Shown piece after piece: positions 23,078-36,508 of a DNA stretch of 64,000 bases. A program made the position numbers and the translations under genes. The stretch's first letter is position 1. Every line of letters begins with the position of its first letter. The DNA is from Seison nebaliae (taxonomy: Eukaryota): NCBI GenBank assembly GCA_023231475.1, contig JALJEE010002292.1, positions 1 to 64,000 on the forward strand, read 5' to 3'. The notes under the pieces are model-generated. The model had not been told where the DNA came from and did not search any database. It was given only the letters and a program-made list of their open reading frames with translations.

Positions 23078-26000
23078 TCATTTGATGTGACGTTGTTCTT
23101 TTCGTTGTCGATAACATTCGTTACAAAATAAACGATCTCCACTTATATTGACTTCTACTCCATTCTTATCATTGGTTGCTAAGCAACGACGACAGATATA
23201 ACATACGAAACAATTCTCATGAAAAAACATATTTAACGAACTGACCATCATTACCGTCACATTAGTCTCGAGTGATTGACGACATGCGGGACATTGATGT
23301 GGTCTGATATTAGCTGTGGGTCGTTTATCAATTCTTTTCTTTAGTGACGATTTCTTTGGAAGATTATCCGGAAATACTCGTTCATAATTCTTCGATATTT
23401 CTGAGATACTGACACGTTTTTTGAAAAGTGGTGGCGGTTTTGAAACACGTTGTTGTTTTCTGATTTGTCGATTAATTGTGTTATTTGGTGAATCGGCATT
23501 CATGACGGATTTGGAGAGATAGAAAACTCGATTATCATTATATGGATTATTGGAAGACCAACTGATATCGCTAATCATTGAGGCAGTTGGAGAATAGGAA
23601 TTATTTGTGGTGGGAAGTGGTGAAGTTTGTTGTGTTGACTGTTCATTGATATCGGAGAAGAATTTCCGTTCTGGTGGTATTGGAGGAGTTTGTTTCGTAT
23701 ATTCGATAGTAATTCGTTTTTTCTTCTTCTTCTTATTCAATGTGGTGGAATCATCCGAATGGATTGTAGATGGAACGGTGACATTATCATGAAATGTGTT
23801 GGATGTGACGGTAGCATTATCATGAAATGTGGTGGATGTGACGGGAGTAAATGAAGTCATCGTCTTATCCATTTCATTCAATTTATTAATAATGTTGTTG
23901 TTGTTGATAATGTGTTTGTGATCATCTTTCATAAATGGTAATAAGACTGATTGGTTTGATAAAGTGGTAGTATAATTTATGTTATCTAATGTGTTTGTTG
24001 ATTGTGTGACATCAATCGACTCATCATAATATTGGTGTTTGTCATTCGTTTGAATGATCTCATTAAATATTCTCTCACTCTCTTCCTTATAGTTCATTGT
24101 CTCATTTTTTTTCTTTAAAGAATCCTTTTGAATTTTCAATTTATTCTCATCATTTTTTTCGTGCATTTCATTTGCACTAAAATTAATCGGTATGTGGATC
24201 TCACTACGAACACGTTGATTCGATGATAATTGATTAGTTGAGATGGAAGATGTGGAATATGAATTTCTTATCTTCTCACTCGTTTCCTTCTTCCTTCCAA
24301 TACCATCACCGTAACCATTTTTTGGTTTAATTGAATCAATTAGAACATTCAAATTCCTATTCTTCTCTTCTTTCCAGTTATTTATTGTATCATCTGTTCG
24401 ATTTCGTCTTAAAACTATTCTCGTCTTATATTTCCCATAATCATCATACAAACCATATCCATCATCATCATTCATTTTCTCCTTATTATCTTCATAAATC
24501 TCTTCCTTTATATTATTTTTATTATTGTTATTGTTATTCTGATTATTATTTTTATTATTGTTGTGGTTATTATTTGTTACAATTTCATTATTTTTTTGGT
24601 TATTTTCAGATTGTTCAATAACATCATTAAATGATACTGATGGTTTTATTAGATTGGAATTTATTTCGTTTAACATTTGAATTTCTTCATTAATCTTTTT
24701 CTTCTCCTAGAAAATAGTGAAAAAAAGAAAAATTGATGATTAGTGAAAATTGAAAAATTTTGAAAAATTAAATGACATTCTCCACATTCCTCATCATTCC
24801 TAATGTTATTCATTCGACAAATGTGAAATAAAGAAAATTATTTACTTTTTTTGTTGACTTTATCAAATTCTCGATAAGGTTATCGATTTCATTTTCTAAA
24901 TTCTTCACAAATCTCTTCTGATGTCTTCTCAAGTCATCGAGTGGCGGTTTGGGAGCAGGACGACGTTTCTTTGTCATTCTTTCACGTTTCTCATTCTCAC
25001 AAGAAGAAAATTCGATTCTTTTCTCGTTTACTTTAGCGTAACTGATCGATCTCTCTGTCCTTGGTCGATCAGAAAATGGCAATGTTTGACATTGAACAAA
25101 GTCGTTCCAAGTGCTGGACGGATGGTACTTGAGAACATAATTCTTTGACGTCTTTATTGGCATCGAAGTACTACGTATCTTCATTTTAAACAAGTTAATT
25201 TCAAATTAATTTCTTTGGTAACAACATGTCAATTGGAGAAGAAACTCCGAAAATATTTCAATTTTCTACACGAGACTTTTCTCGGAGAAGATTTCATAAT
25301 AAATTTTATTAAACCTTTTCACGTTCCGATTTTCTTTGTTCGTAAAATTTTTTGAATTGAATATCATCCATATAATTCGCTTTCTGCATCTTCTTTGTCT
25401 CTTTCTCAATTTTTTCCTGTTCCGTTTGAACGAGAAAGATTATGGAGAGATAATTGAATAATTAATCAAAACAGAAAAGAATTGATTCAAGGAAGTGAGT
25501 AGATTCTTCTTCTCATTCAATTTGTTATAATCCTCAGGAAAGTGAGTTGATAAATACGAATGGAATTGATCTAAATCGATACCATCAAACGGTATAAGAA
25601 TCCATATCAATAACATTCCAACTAACCGTCGTTGCCTCGATAGACAATTAAATTCATTGAATCACTTTCTCTGATTAGCGATCGGATTTCACTATCGTCC
25701 AAAACCTGTAGAAAAACTCCATTTAGATAAATGATGATATCTTTTTCTCTTATACCACAATTCCTCAGCAGATCATCCACTTCACACACACGAACATGTG
25801 AAGTGAGAGAATCTCGTCGTATCATTAAATTGAATTGGTCCAATTTGGTTTTCCTTTTTAGAATAATTTCCTCATGTGATATTTCCTTCGTCGACGATAC
25901 ATCAGATAATTCCGGTGATGATGATTTCTCGTCATGGAAAATCGCTCCACTACTCTGACCACTGTTAAATCCGCTGGAATGACCGTCTTCCAATTTGGAT

Positions 26001-27044
26001 GGTGAGAATTTACGATTTTCATTCATCAAATTTTTTTCGTCCAAAGTCAAAGGTTGTTGACCTTCAATACATTGAGGTTCTTCGTCGAATTCTTCTTCTT
26101 TTCCGTCGAAGAATATTTCATCATTTCTCTCATCAATCGCGTCATAATTCTCTTCTAATTTATCATCATCAATTCCATAAACATTGGGTATATCTGTATC
26201 AGTTAATCTGGAAAAAGAATTAAATAAATATTTAAAAGTTTGAAATTTTCAAAAAAACATATTTGAAATAAATTCCATTTGACTTGTGATTGGTTGGTCA
26301 TCGTTGTGTTGAACTGGAGCGACTTCGGGTAATTGGAGATCGGGCAACGAATTCTTCTTCTCAATTTCCGTTCGTTCTTGTCGATTGCGACGTCGTTTCG
26401 ATTTCCACGCTTCCACATCCTGCAGAGACGAGAGAGTTTGAGATTTTTTCGTATTTTTTATATTTTTCGATTCTTGCCAACAAATTCGACGAGTTGATTT
26501 GTTTGAATGACTTGGATGGTCATTCGAACGGAAACGAACTTTCACAAATTTCATAATTAAAAAATTGAACTCAAATGAAGATTTAGTTGAGTTGAACACT
26601 ACAAAAGGAAAGAATGTTCGTTTGCCTCAAAAAAAAAAACCAGAAGTAAAGGAATAAGAAATGGTTAACACTTAAAATGTATGGAATGAAAAAGAAGAAG
26701 AAGAAGAAGAGAGGAGAGAAGGGGGAAGTAATTTGAGCATGCAATGAAGCTTGAACTTGTTTACATCATAATTCATTTGATGAACGATATGAATATGAAA
26801 ATGAACTAACGTAATCGAGTGACACTTCATTGTCGATGAGAGCGTGGTGATTGCGAAGATTGACTAATTCCGTTTTCTGATTCGAAAGTTGATTGAGTTG
26901 TTCATTGGCGATTTGTGACAAACTGATGTTGTTTCGCCATCGGATAAATTGTAATGGATCCATTTGTTTACATTCACTCTCAATCCAGTTTACTGGAATT
27001 TGGACATGTAAATTTATTGATTGGATTTTCGACTCTTTCCACAA
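23078..27044 (-). CDS. LMO7: LMO7-like PDZ and LIM domain protein; multi-exon, 5' end unresolved
   Basis: C-terminal LIM domain CPAC...SLNMFFHENCFVCYIC...LFCNEC; PDZ-like exon (GIREKDIIIYLNG...MNLIVYR); LQDVEAWKSKRRR resembles the LMO7 'DDL.KWK.RR' motif. Confidence 0.65.
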
Positions 27045-28442
27045 TTCTATAAGAAAATCTTTTGTTCGGAACGAAATCTTTTATTATTTTGGAGGGCTGA
27101 GTCGAACGTTCTTATTATTGTGACGAGAAAAAATTTCATATAAAGGGGAATGGTTAGGGAAGGAATTATATAAATAAATTGTGTTAGTTGGAGGACGTTA
27201 TGATTGTGGGATCTCTTGTTATTCTTCATAACAACTACATCGACACAACATCACACCGTATTGGATGTTGTGAAGAATTGATTGTTGGAGGGGGAAAGTG
27301 TAATTTCATATTTTGAAAATTTCTTCTTAACCTCATATCGAAACTGATTGTCTACTCATCTTAACTGTAGTTAAATTATCAACAACTATTTTTTCGCAAC
27401 CTATCGATGTGTTGAATGTTGACAGGAATGATTTTGGTTAATGTCTGCAAACGGTCGAGAAGAAAGGAAATCGAGAGAATTATGTCATCAAATAAAAAGA
27501 AAGTAGGAAGAAAAATTGAAGGTGAAATGAGAGAATATCAATAGGAAGTTTAATGCAAGAAACAACGTGGTGGAAAGGAGAGATGTGTGACCTTGTATGA
27601 CAATAGAATAATAATCGGCTGGAAATAAACTGTCTAACTGATATGGGTAGGAGATGTTAATTATAATTAATCTTTACGGAAATTTTTGAAAAATTAAATT
27701 AAATTTATTTCCAGACGATGATGATCAATGAAAATTTGAAATGAATGAATCATAAAAATGAATTTCATAAGATGGTATTTCATCAATACGTTGTCTCCTG
27801 TGTTAATTGAGGAGAGAGTGTATAATTGAATGACTCATTCAACCAACTGAACAAACGAAGACAATTAACAACTCTCATAATTTATTGAGCACAAATTAGA
27901 GAAACGAACAATTTCATATGAATTTACGACAATTATTTGTGAGAAGAAGAAAAGTTTAAGGTGAGAATGATGAGAATACGAGTTGTTAAGAGATTTTCAC
28001 ATTGTTCTACTAGTTATCGTTGGGACGTTTATGTATTTCTCGTCTCCTTTCTATGATTCATCATCGTCACCTTTCCATTGAAATTTCAGTGAGGAGAAAA
28101 CTTCCAATAATCCGTCATAAAGGATCTGTTGGAATCCAGGAGATGTTGGAGCAACGAAATGTGGGGAATGTAATGAATTGAAAGAATTTGACATTTGAAT
28201 TCACATTTAAATTGTGATCGAACAACTGTATGAACGGAGAGGTGAAGAGACGGAGAATGGAACAATGCACACTCCTCAACTGTCAACATCAATATCAATA
28301 AAATAACAAGTTGAAGAAGCTGTGAATCGTTGATGACCCAATTATCTTTATAAACAAATAATTCAAACGTGATATTAGTTAGGTAACTCTTAAAAACAAA
28401 GAATAATAGAAATCATTCTTTTACCGATCAATTGATGAATAA

Positions 28443-28477
28443 ACACACACACACACACATACACACACACACACACA
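28443..28477. repeat. (AC)n microsatellite
   Basis: acacacacacacacacatacacacacacacacaca. Confidence 0.9.
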
Positions 28478-28581
28478 AAACACATAGAAAGACACATCTC
28501 TAATATCGATTCAATAATATGAAAGATCGATCTGTACTCTAGGATCGATTGTGATTAATTCATTTATTATTCTATAATTAA

Positions 28582-31069
28582 TCACGTCGTCTTTGTGGAA
28601 TCGTTCTTACAAGTCGTTCTTGTTCGACAACTGTACACCATCACGGAAAACATCTCGATTAAAGTCACCAGAGACATGCCGAGATAGAGTCCTAACGCCC
28701 CACCGATAATACCTGAAGAAGAAAATTATTATTATTTTTCAAATAATTACAGTTGAAAAATGATCATCCATTCGTTTGGAGAATCGTTTAAGAATGGATT
28801 TCGTAAAAATTTAAAAAAGAAGAAAAAGAAGAAGAAAGAAGAGGAGGAGGAGGAGGAGGAAAGTACAAAAAAGATTTGTAGTGAAATGAATAATAGGAAG
28901 GAATGAAACTAATGAAATCGAGTACGTTCTTCTGCTTCTTCTGAGTAGTTGTTGTCGACTTTAATTCATCATAATACACATAGATTAGCAATAGATTCTC
29001 TCTTCAGAATGACATGGATTAAGTAATGATAGAAAAGGAGATTATTCAATCAAAATATACATCTCATGTCAACATAGGAATAAAAGTGAACTTCCAATTG
29101 TAGCGAGTCAAACATCGATCATGGAATTCACGGAGGACATGTGGCAATGGTTTCCACATCGAATTATCGAACGGCACCTTCTTCATCTGATGGATTGTGA
29201 GACAAGCCATCTCATTCTGCACCACATAATCTTCAATGAAACCGGTGAAATCGAGAGAAACGGCAATCGAATCCACTTGATATTCCGTGAAACTGCAGGC
29301 GATATGATCGCAGAAATATTGATTGTAACCATCCGGATGGTTATTATTATCCATGGCACAAAGGAATTCGTTCAAACTGTTACATTTCAAATGATTATTC
29401 ATATTGAGATGTCGATCAAATATCGACGTGCAATTACATTTCTGTAAGATGTGATCATAAACCGCTTCCATCTGACAGGCGACGGGAGAGAATGTTGAGA
29501 AACGTTTCAATTTCTCACCCGGATAACATCCACCTCCGTCTTTCACCGACAACATATTCCACTAAACAAATGAAATAATTTTATTAAATTAATATTAATA
29601 ATTTGAAATTTAAACATTCTTTTCACTGATACTCAAAAATGATGCTTCGCCCGTTGCCAAAGATATTCCGTTTACCATCGATGATGGTGGAGTGTCTTCC
29701 GAATGAATTGTTAATCTCAATTCTTTCGCCGCGTGTAATAACAAAGGTAAAGAATTATAATTCTTCAAATCAATACCAAGTGTGAGACCACCAGCTAATT
29801 CAAAAAATTATTATCGAGAAAGAAACGAGACAGAAAATTGTTTAACAAACTCCAGGAATTGTTTGTTGACCTCCAAATACTCGATCCCATTTAATTGTAT
29901 AACACGGCCCATTCTCACTGTAGACTTTGGAGAAAATGTTGTGCAAATACTCACACGATTGACCAGAGAATCGACAAAGGAAAACATTATTATTCGCGTT
30001 CCAAAAGATTTCATTCAATTCCTGATCAACTTCCATTTCCGTCACTAGAAAAAAAACTTGTTAGGAGGAGGAAAATTGGAATTTATTCGATAAATTAACC
30101 TAAACGTGAAACAATCACTTTGACGTAATTGAGACTGTTTCGGTAGAAGAAAACTGTCTGGAAATTATTGAATTGTCCTTTGTGATGGAAGTTCGGATGT
30201 TCCGTCATACAATACAAGAAATATTTCACTTTGCTATCAAAGATTCGGAAGATCTCTTCCAAATCAACATGATACGGCCATAGATGATGGAATGCTTTAG
30301 TAATTTCATTACTCTGAAACAAATTGAAATTTTGAAAGCAACAAAAAAAATCACAGAAATATTGAAAGGAAATTCGATGAGATCTGATGGAAATTTTCCC
30401 TCGATTCTTTTCAATCGTTTCAATCTATCTTCATAGACGAATAATTCCTTCATAAAATCCACATTCTTTATCGATGCCAACAATAGAGACAGTTTAGAAA
30501 TTTGTTCTGATGTTAATTCTGACAAGAAAAAGTGAGAAGAAAAAATTCTCTAAATTTATTTAAATTTACCATTTATTTTTAACTTTCCGACATACATTTG
30601 GTAATATCGTTATAAATCTTCTTATCGATCCTCTCATATATGGCATCGGTGGCTGATCGTAAAATTTTCGTTTGGAGGAACTTTAACAATTGTACCATAT
30701 TCTCATTCTTCATCGTTTTCTTTTTAATTAAGGAATTCTGATTACAAATACTGAGCGATGGAAATGCCATATGTTCCTGATAATTCGTCGTGGTAATAAT
30801 GGTGTATGGTTTATCTATGAAATATGATGTGAATAATTTGACGATGGTGAAGAGACACATCGATGCACTTGCTATAAGAATAAAATACCAAAAGAACTTT
30901 CGTTTTTTTCCAGCAAAAGCTCCATTTCCTAACAGAGAATTATGAGTGAATTTAAACATGTTTTCAAGAAAAAGAAACTTAATCCATGCATCGATATTAG
31001 ACATCGGACAGTCATTGTTGAAAAGAAGAAAATGAAGAAATTTTTTTTTAAAAAATGATATGAAGACAT
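28582..31069 (-). CDS. DEG/ENaC (ASIC-like) sodium channel subunit; about 9 exons
   Basis: Splicing at 30929-30978 restores the pre-TM1 HG motif (SMHGL). Also TM1, FPSLSICNQN, GPCYTI, Cys-rich thumb, ENLLLIYVYYDEL, and TM2 IIGGALGLYLGMSLVTLIE. Confidence 0.9.
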
Positions 31070-31205
31070 AATATTGAGATGATAATGATAATAATGTGTT
31101 GGAAGTCAATAGAGTTGTTGATTGGAATTAACACGAAATATTTTTATTTCATCATTAAAATTTCCTCATTAACAAGAGTGGCGCGAACATTAAAGTAACG
31201 AAACA

Positions 31206-32532
31206 TCAACTCTCACTCAAATCAGAAATTCTACCCAGATCTTGGATGTCTTTCCATGGATTTCCAGGGGGTTTAATCGGAGTTCTTATTACGAACGGGT
31301 CCTGTTTCCTTTCTGTCTTCTCTTCGACAGGTAATTCTTCTTTCGGTCTTCCTCTCACCTGTAATCTATTACTTGTTTCCGCTAAATTAATCCAGAGAAG
31401 GATGAAAGCCATTATGATAGAAAAGATGATGGGACATACGATAGCTATCACTTTGTAATGAGTACAATAATCACAATTATTCTTAGAATTCCCTTTTTTC
31501 TCCTTTCTCCTAAAATCAATTTAAATTAATAAAAATTTAATTATATATTATTATTATTATTGTTAACTTTTTCTTTTTCTTTTTATTCTTATCTTTTTCT
31601 TCATCATCATCATCGTCATCATCATTATCATTATCTTTACCGTTATTCTTGTAAGAGAACGGTGGAAAAAACATAATGTCTTCCAACAACTTTATCGCGT
31701 AGTCGAGATGTTCACTCGAATAAACATTGAAAATGATATTTTGAGTTTTGTCATTCACTTCACTAGTGGTCGTGTGCTCAGATTTGTACAGTTGTGTCAG
31801 AGCACAAACTGGACCAGAATTTCCATTCTCTATTTCCATGAATTGCTTCCTATCATGTTGTATGGAATTCAAATTAATGTTCTTATTTTCATAAATAAAT
31901 ATTTGAGAGTTACTTTTTTCGTCACACGACCTGGAGACTGTTAGTTGATGTTTCTTACAGGATAATTTATAATTTTGAATATTTTTCGTCCATCCAACAT
32001 GAGCACAACGAACTTTCTTTATTTCTCCTTTCTTCTTCCTACTCATTACAACAATAGTGAAGGTTCGCACTTTAATCTGATAAAGTTTCACCTCTTGAAA
32101 TAATGTCACAATCAAACGACAACTCATATTATTCATCATTAACATACCCACATCAGAAACGATGATTTGTTTCGGTATAAATCTTCCTAAGCTTAACTCG
32201 ATTTTTTCGAATTGATTAAAATTTAATTGAATCAATTCTCGAACATTCATCTGAGACAAATCTACATAATTATATTCATTCAATCGAACAAATTTTATAA
32301 AGACTTCTTTCTTGTACTTCTTGTCCAACCAACAAAATTCGTTGAATTCTGTTAAATTATGAAATGTCAAGTATTCCTGATGAGTCTCCAAATTAACATT
32401 CTTGTGCACTTTCGGTGCATTAATTATATTATTCTTCATGAACTTGACTATCGGATTGACATGAGACTGCAATTTCGAAACATTAAAGAGTGCGCTCGAG
32501 AACGGTAAGCAGCACAGGAGAATGAGGAACAT
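31206..32532 (-). CDS. Orphan type I membrane protein; 2 exons
   Basis: Signal peptide MFLILLCCLPFSSA; a GTTAA..TTTTAG phase-2 intron links to an exon with TM segment VIAIVCPIIFSIIMAFILLWI. Confidence 0.6.
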
Positions 32533-32719
32533 AGAAATTGGAAGGAATAAACAAAATGAAAAAGAAAAATTTAAATAAAAAAGGATAAGACAATGAAACA
32601 AAAATTGAACTTAACCGGAACAGAAAAAATAAAAAATGAATCCAATCTTCACTTTATTACAGTCCAAATGGAATTTAAAAAAAAGTTATTCTATAAAAAA
32701 TTTTTTTGCAAAATGTTTC

Positions 32720-35700
32720 TTATAAACTTCTTTCACTTCTCACGATGAGAAGACGGACCAATCTCTGAAGAATAATCACAACGAGAATCGTCATCAAAAC
32801 GATGACATAATGTGAGATACTCACACCGATATCGAGCCAACTACCTTCCGTTTTGATGAGAAGGAAAAAATTCTAAAAATAATTTTCAATGATTTTTTTA
32901 AATTTTAAATTATCATAAAATTAACCATCGCCATGATATCGAATATGATGATGATATTAACAAAAAATTCCTCCCATTCCATTTTCGTCAGCGACTTGTA
33001 TTTGATTGTCAATAACTCGAAATACATGGTCACCACGATCAATGGGGAAATCATCTGAAGAAAAATGAAATTATAAAAAAAGAATTTGAATAAAAATAAC
33101 TTTTGCGAGTAGAAGAAATCCCATGACGAATGGTGAGAAGATTGAGAGATAGAGATGAACTGAATAAGGATCGAAACTGTTGATGGATGCCAAATTACCA
33201 GTGCCAAAGAATGAGAGTAATAATAAATAGAGATATATATGTGAAAGATATTTATTTGGTATTGAGATTTGTTTCTTCAATAAACGTCCCATATAAATGA
33301 GAGCGAAAATGAAGAGATTATCATAATTTGTACTCAACGATAAATAGACGAGACTTGAGAAATAAATCGATTGATCAATCGACGATTTCATTTGGATGAT
33401 ATATATTGGAATCAATATCAGGAATGACCAATTCAACCCTCTCAGTATATTGACAATGATATCGTTCCCATCAAATAATTCCCACCGGAAAATGATAAGT
33501 GATAAAATGATGGAAATCGTATGGAGAATAAACGGTAGAAATTTGAATTTAAATTTCAATAAAAATAATTTAGTCATTTCATAAATGATGAAAAGGCATC
33601 CGATTATGATGAATTTCATATCCAATTGTTTCCGTTCGGCCATTGTGGGCAGGAACGGTGAAATGATGAGAATGGTAAGACCGAAAATTTCTTCGATTCT
33701 TTTCGTTTTTGATGACCAATCCATTCGTCTGATATTGTTAAATTTGAGATAAATCAAAATTAAAATTATCAAGAATATCACCAGTGTTTGACGATAGAAG
33801 AAAATCGTCACAAAATATTCGCTGATAAGAAACATGAGAATGATTTGAAAAATATTTTTCTTTTTAAATTTTTTTATATTTTTTCGAATTTGAATCAATA
33901 ATAAGAATAAGGATTGGAAGAGCAAGAGATAAATATGGTGCATTATGGATGCATCTCTTCCACAGAACATGATCGACGTTAAAAATAAAATTGAAAATAT
34001 CAATATTTTCTCTTGAATCGATAATCGAATGAAAGTATTGATTTGATGATTGATGAAATTCTTATCGATCAACCACAAAATATGGTAAGCGATCCAGAAA
34101 ACGTATGATAATATTATGATACTCTGCCACCAAATTCGATCATAAGAATGGAAATATTCATTTCCATCCACCAACTCGTCACATAATTCGTTTAATTCGT
34201 TTGAAATTTTTGAAAATTTCCGTGAATGATTCAACGTCGTTTCGTCGCCAATCTCATGAATTTCATTTTCGATTTTCATCAAACGGTTTTTTATCTTATT
34301 CAACGAATATGAATGAGATATGATTGGGAGGAATCGTCGATTGTTTTTCCTTTCGAAATATTTCGCTTTTATTTGACTAAATAATTGTTTGGTATTGGTG
34401 AGGAAAGCCATGAGACGATAATGATCATCAATTCCGTTTTCTGATATAGCCAAATAATCGATGGGTAATTTCCCGATATTATTCTTGGGAATTGTGATAC
34501 CGAGAATCGCTGAAATTAATGGAGTGATATCTGCTTGTTCGATATCGTGACGAACGAGATGAGAAAAATTCCAATTATCTTCTCGATATTCTCGACGGAT
34601 TGATCGATCATCATTAGAGAAAGAAAATCGTCTGCCGCTCATAATTCCCGAAATTTTCTTTCGACGTCTTAATCGTCTGTCACGTATAATTGATAATTTA
34701 TTTGAATTATATTTTATTCCTCGATTTCCTCGTCCCCATAAAATGATGGGCGTATTCGTCTCTTCTGGGAGACCGGCACCATGAGAGCCCCAATTCGTCA
34801 TTCCATGATCGGAAGTGAATAAAAATGACGTTTTATCGAACAATGTTAAATCGATACGATTATCATCAGATTCTAAATAGAAATGACAATTCTCATTAAA
34901 TTTCTTTCGGAAAGTTTGTGCCATCGAAAAGAATTCCTGATACATTTGATATCGTGATTTGAATTCCTTTGAAATCATTTTCACTCCTTTATCAACGTTA
35001 TGAATAGTATTGAGATAAACGGAGGAATATGGATGAGATGAATGACCGGCGGTATCTACACCGAGAAGATGGAGGAAAAATATAATTCCACGATCAAATA
35101 TCAGACGACGATGGATTAATTTATCAGATTGATTTTGATAAAAAATTCCAAAAGAATTTTCATTGAGAAAAAATTGTTGAAGTCTCGTCAAATTATTACA
35201 ATTTTCAATTTCATTCCAATCCTCTTCCATTTCGTCTTTAAACCATTTTGATGGTGTTGGTAAATATTTTTTCAGAAATCCTTCCACTTCATCAAACACC
35301 CAATCGTCGACTATTTGTGGTGATTTCGATGAGAGATCTTCCATTGTCGAAGGATATGTATTCATGACAATATGTTGATTATTTTTTTTATGATGATCAT
35401 TTTTAAAAATGTCCAAAATGTCCGGACTACCCCAACAATAGGAATGTCGACTTTGATTGAAGACGGAATCAAAATCGACAGGATTCTTTTGCCATCCTTT
35501 TGTTACGGCCGCTACATCTTCATAAAATCCGGCTAACATCGCCACATGTCCTGGACGACTTTCGGTCGGTACTCGAGTATGAGACACACCGAACACACCG
35601 ACATTCCTGATAATATTATGGAGATATGGTGCCACCGTTTGATTATCGTATAATCGATCAACTCGCAAACCATCAGCCACGAATAGGACTAATCGATTGG

Positions 35701-35866
35701 CGGGAGCAGATTTACTAATTCGGTCATGATAATTGATCGGCTTAGTTGTATGTTCTTCTCCAATCGAATAAGAAATGGAAGAAGTGAAATAAATGTCAAA
35801 AACTGAATAGAAGAAGATGAGATGAATGAGAAATGTGATGGAGAAATATATTGCAGATTTGTACAT
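32720..35866 (-). CDS. PIGN: GPI ethanolamine phosphate transferase 1; 3 exons
   Basis: RLVLFVADGLR, SHTRVPTESRPGHVAMLAGFYED, FFLHLLGVDTAGH, TSDHGMTNWGSHG, FFGTGNLASINSF; last exon GSWLDIGVSISHYVI. Confidence 0.95.
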
Positions 35867-36180
35867 TCCATCTACATTCGTCAATGTCAATTATTCATTG
35901 TGAAACTTTTATGTTTGATGTGAGGAGACGACGAAAAATTATTAATTAATAATTCTTTTGCTTCCTCAAACTTCAGCTTAAGTTTGTTAAGAAAATTTCA
36001 TTTAATGTGAATTCTTTTCCCAACGTAACTTTTTTGAATTAGCGGGCAAAATTTTAATGTGAAATATTTTTTCAATCAAATTTTGAAGAATCCAATTTAT
36101 TTAGTAGGAATTTCCTTCTCATATCCATTTACAATTTGAGTTTATATTTGATTTGTATTCATTAAACTCAAAAAATAAAA

Positions 36181-36508
<328 letters not shown>

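Noticed and set aside
27240..27300. IQYGVMLCR as a possible calponin-homology exon of the LMO7-like gene
   Set aside because: In-frame stop just upstream and no suitable acceptor found
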